A DNA stretch of 60,647 nt, the filler included. It is 4 parts of 4 records of this genome, joined end to end, with 100 filler letters (N's around TTAATTAATTAA, not from the genome) between each part and the next. Parts side by side here need not be neighbours in the genome. Positions count along the whole stretch, not along the records: positions 51,369 to 60,647 come from SRR22947725_4563; 3 more parts are not named here. The stretch is one strand, 5' to 3'. Below the pieces are notes generated by a model that saw only the letters and a program-made list of their open reading frames with translations, ran no database searches and was not told the origin of the DNA. Position 1 is the first letter of the stretch. Each line of letters starts with the position of its first letter. A program made the position numbers and the translations under genes. Shown here piece after piece: positions 57,958 through 60,647 of the stretch.

Positions 57958-58795
57958 GTATAGCGGCACTACAGAATTACTCGCGGCTTACATTCGAAGA
58001 GATGTAGTGGATATGACTCACCTAGGCGGGAGTTCACACGTTGGTTCTGGCCTATCAATATCAGATATTCTGGCAGTTTTATATGGCTACGTATTGCGTG
58101 TTGATCCCAACAACCCTTCTCACAAAGATCGAGATCGTTTTATTTTATCCAAGGGCCATGCGGGAGCAGCGGTTTATGCAGCCCTAGCGGAGACTGGTTT
58201 TTTCGAGCGTGAGAGACTTAAATCCCACTATAAAAATGGTTCAACCTTAAGTGGACATGTGTCGCATAAAGGGGTTCCCGGTGTGGAGTTTTCGACGGGA
58301 TCATTAGGACATGGATTAAGTGTAGCTGCCGGCATGGCAAAAGCAGCAAAACTAAGGAAAAGTAAAAACAGGGTGGTCACGCTCTTGTCTGACGGAGAGT
58401 GTGATGAGGGCTCTAATTGGGAAGCAATAATGTTTGCATCCCATCATAATCTAAACAACCTAATTGCGATTGTAGATTACAATAAAATTCAGTCGCTTGG
58501 TTCAACCGAGGCAACATTAGGGCTAGAGCCATTAGCAGATAAATTTCAAGCTTTTGGTTGGAGCGTCATGGAAGCTGATGGGCATAACCATGAGGACCTC
58601 AAAGAGCGATTGGAACAAGCCAGTATGGAGACGGCCCGTCCCTCAATGCTTATCTGTCACACCATTAAGGGTAAGGGTGTATCGTTTATGGAAAATTCAG
58701 TGCTATGGCATTACCGATCTCCTCAAGGTGATGAATATAAGTCTGCAAGTATGGAACTACAAAATGTAATAACAGCTCTTGAGGTTGCAGACTGA
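57944..58795 (+). CDS. Split transketolase-like enzyme, N-terminal (ThDP-binding) subunit
   Basis: SHVGS.LS, RDRFILSKGH, STGSLGHG, SDGECDEG...N ThDP motif, DGH, TIKGKG...WH. Confidence 0.92.
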   Translation: MLKNKYSGTTELLAAYIRRDVVDMTHLGGSSHVGSGLSISDILAVLYGYVLRVDPNNPSHKDRDRFILSKGHAGAAVYAALAETGFFERERLKSHYKNGSTLSGHVSHKGVPGVEFSTGSLGHGLSVAAGMAKAAKLRKSKNRVVTLLSDGECDEGSNWEAIMFASHHNLNNLIAIVDYNKIQSLGSTEATLGLEPLADKFQAFGWSVMEADGHNHEDLKERLEQASMETARPSMLICHTIKGKGVSFMENSVLWHYRSPQGDEYKSASMELQNVITALEVAD

Positions 58796-59712
58796 TGCGT
58801 GATGCCTTCATTGACGAACTGATGTGTTTAGCCAAAGCTGACCCTTCGATCATGCTCTTGACTGGGGACTTAGGATTTGGAGTATTAGACGATTTTGCCT
58901 CTGAACTTCCGGCTCAATTTATTAACGTCGGCGTGGCAGAGCAAAACATGGCGGGGATTGCTGCTGGTCTCGCCCTAGAAGGTCACAAAGTTTATACTTA
59001 TTCTATCGCAAACTTCACCACGCTAAGATGCCTTGAGCAAATCAGGAATGACATTTGTTATCACGATGCAAATGTTACTTTGGTGTCAGTGGGTGCCGGG
59101 TTTTCATATGGTCAGCTTGGCGTCTCTCATTTTGCGACCGAGGACCTTGCGATACTGAGAGCTCTGCCAAGAATGATGGTAGTGGCACCGTCAGATCCAT
59201 GGGAGGCAAAAATCTTAACGAGGCAGATGTCAGCTGTTTCTGGTCCGAAGTACCTGAGAATTGACAAAGGTGAAGGTGGAAGCCCAGAGAAGCCATCAGA
59301 TGTGCACTTGGGCAAAGGCCGGGTCGTATGTGAAGGTACAGATGTTACGATCGTTTCTATAGGTGCGATACTATCCGAGGCGTTAAAAGCTGCGGGTTTG
59401 TTAGAAAATCTTGGGGTGTCTGCTAGAGTTATTAGCCTTAATACTATCAAACCTTTTGACCGCTCGATTATTTTTGATGCTTGCAAAGATACTGGTGGTA
59501 TAATTTCTATTGAAGAGCACATCGAAATTGGCGGTTTGGCTGGAGCAATATCCGAAGCATGTCTTACTGCCAACATCACTCCTGGGTTCTTTCATCGAAT
59601 TGGGTTGAAGGATGAGTATCCAACAATAGTTGGTGATCAAAAATTCTTGCGCGATACTTATGGTATGAACTCGGAGCGAATAGTGGCCACTATTTTAACC
59701 GCCTTAAACTAA
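58795..59712 (+). CDS. Split transketolase-like enzyme, C-terminal (pyrimidine-binding) subunit
   Basis: MRDAF, LTGDLG, NVGVAEQNM, EQIRND, G.SH..ED, YLR, IEEH...GGL; TGATG coupling to the N-subunit. Confidence 0.92.
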   Translation: MRDAFIDELMCLAKADPSIMLLTGDLGFGVLDDFASELPAQFINVGVAEQNMAGIAAGLALEGHKVYTYSIANFTTLRCLEQIRNDICYHDANVTLVSVGAGFSYGQLGVSHFATEDLAILRALPRMMVVAPSDPWEAKILTRQMSAVSGPKYLRIDKGEGGSPEKPSDVHLGKGRVVCEGTDVTIVSIGAILSEALKAAGLLENLGVSARVISLNTIKPFDRSIIFDACKDTGGIISIEEHIEIGGLAGAISEACLTANITPGFFHRIGLKDEYPTIVGDQKFLRDTYGMNSERIVATILTALN

Positions 59713-59913
59713 ATATCTGATAATTTCATTTATTTTAGAGGTATGCTTAATGTTATTGGCAAATAATTCAGTTAATTAAAAATTTACTGTTACACAATCA
59801 CTTTGAATAAAGTTAGGGTAGAAATATGTTTCAGATTGTAGACGGATTAAATTGGCTTAGTCAGGATATGAAAGTGTTTATGTTTAAACTATGGCTGGGA
59901 AGCTAGAGCCCGT

Positions 59914-60647
59914 ATGCTCAAGGAAGCAAAGACTTTTCATTTAAAGCTGAATGCAAAACCCAGGGGGACTGTGCTTTCCATCTCAACTCTGGCAATGATT
60001 GTAATTGTCAGTTCATTTGGCCCATACATTAGCGACATTGGTTTGAGGCTTGAACATCCGGTAATTTACATATCCTTTATATTACTCTTGGTGGCTAAAA
60101 GTTCCGCCTCATATAGAAGAACCTTTTCATTAGATTTGGTTCTGTTGTGCCTTGTGATTTTGTTGTCTGTCCCGATCATAGGGGTGCTTCAAGGTAACTA
60201 CATCCGAGCTTCGTTAGCTTTGGCCCAGTTTGAGAATTACTTGCAGGCGCCTGTAGTGTTATTACTTTTTATATTAGCTTTACAACGAGCACCTCACGGT
60301 GACGTTAATGGGCTTTTCTCCCGGCTTACGGTTATTTTACTGTGCATGCTTGCTTTAAATACACTGTTTTCATTGTATTTGGTTTTGCATCCAGCCTCAG
60401 AACTAATTAACGTCTTTGCTGGTTCAAGAATGGATCTGACCACTCAATCTAGGTCGCCAGGTTTGTCTGTAACTGAGCTTACCGTGGCAAGTGGAAGAAT
60501 TGCAGGTGTCTTTGGTCAGGTATATGAAGCTGGGTATGCGTACTCCCTGGGACTTTTCCTTTGGGTTTTCAATTACAAAGGTACCGGCAAGGGTGTGTGG
60601 TTGCCCTATTGTCTATTACTTTTAATTTTGACCGGTGGCCTTTTAAC
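59914..60647 (+). CDS. Polytopic membrane protein, Wzy/O-antigen-ligase-like, 3'-truncated
   Basis: Not in the ORF track because there is no stop before the window end. Manual translation MLKEAKTF...SFGPYISDIGLRLEH...GRIAGVFGQVYEAG...LLILTGGLL is open, with several hydrophobic segments and an R..G.F motif. Confidence 0.65.
   Translation, partial: MLKEAKTFHLKLNAKPRGTVLSISTLAMIVIVSSFGPYISDIGLRLEHPVIYISFILLLVAKSSASYRRTFSLDLVLLCLVILLSVPIIGVLQGNYIRASLALAQFENYLQAPVVLLLFILALQRAPHGDVNGLFSRLTVILLCMLALNTLFSLYLVLHPASELINVFAGSRMDLTTQSRSPGLSVTELTVASGRIAGVFGQVYEAGYAYSLGLFLWVFNYKGTGKGVWLPYCLLLLILTGGLL

Noticed and set aside
437-59640. Many 60-190 aa alternative-frame and antisense ORFs in the track (e.g. 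437-793, 24092-24499, 27683-28123, 34109-34669, 59127-59579)
   Set aside because: They lie within well-supported genes and show no recognisable motifs; shadow ORFs.
57944-59712. Frameshifted transketolase pseudogene
   Set aside because: The halves are coupled by TGATG, and each has the typical termini and intact motifs of naturally split transketolases.
1-60647. CRISPR arrays, tRNA/rRNA genes, IS elements and anti-phage defence systems
   Set aside because: I saw no regularly spaced repeats, cloverleaf or rRNA-like segments, transposase motifs or defence-type domains by eye; a covariance-model scan would be needed to exclude small RNAs.

Overview
The window is four unrelated contigs joined by three identical 100-nt assembly linkers (44 N + TTAATTAATTAA + 44 N at 26068-26167, 41781-41880 and 51269-51368), so gene neighbourhoods must not be read across the linkers. 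Contig 1 (1-26067) is a tightly packed Flavobacteriaceae/Bacteroidota housekeeping region: gdhA, porZ, recO, a TonB-dependent receptor, ileS, a dksA-like gene, lspA, 5-formyl-THF cyclo-ligase, uvrC, a patatin/PlpD-like protein, DUF3108, an M23 peptidase, pgi, recJ, rsmI, tdk, alr, asd and accC. Contig 2 (26168-41780) looks alphaproteobacterial and holds two catabolic modules: an uncharacterised AraC / gabD-NIPSNAP-cupin-ThDP enzyme-SDR-TRAP operon followed by a KGSA dehydrogenase, and a GntR / TRAP / kdgK sugar-acid module. Contig 3 (41881-51268) is AT-rich Bacteroidota DNA: a YadA-repeat/S74-chaperone fibre protein, two GH3 glycosidases, DUF4920, an unannotated 33-codon lipoprotein-like ORF, an M3 peptidase, a SemiSWEET, DUF805 and an outer-membrane barrel. 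Contig 4 (51369-60647) is a surface-polysaccharide cluster with a GT4, a capsule-synthesis-like protein, a PhyH-like dioxygenase, a methyltransferase, a DegT aminotransferase, a split transketolase and a Wzy/WaaL-like protein. I saw no rRNA, tRNA, CRISPR array or intact mobile element. The best candidates for an undescribed system are the contig 2 catabolic operon and the unusual-sugar module of contig 4. All calls come from reading motifs by eye; no searches were run.
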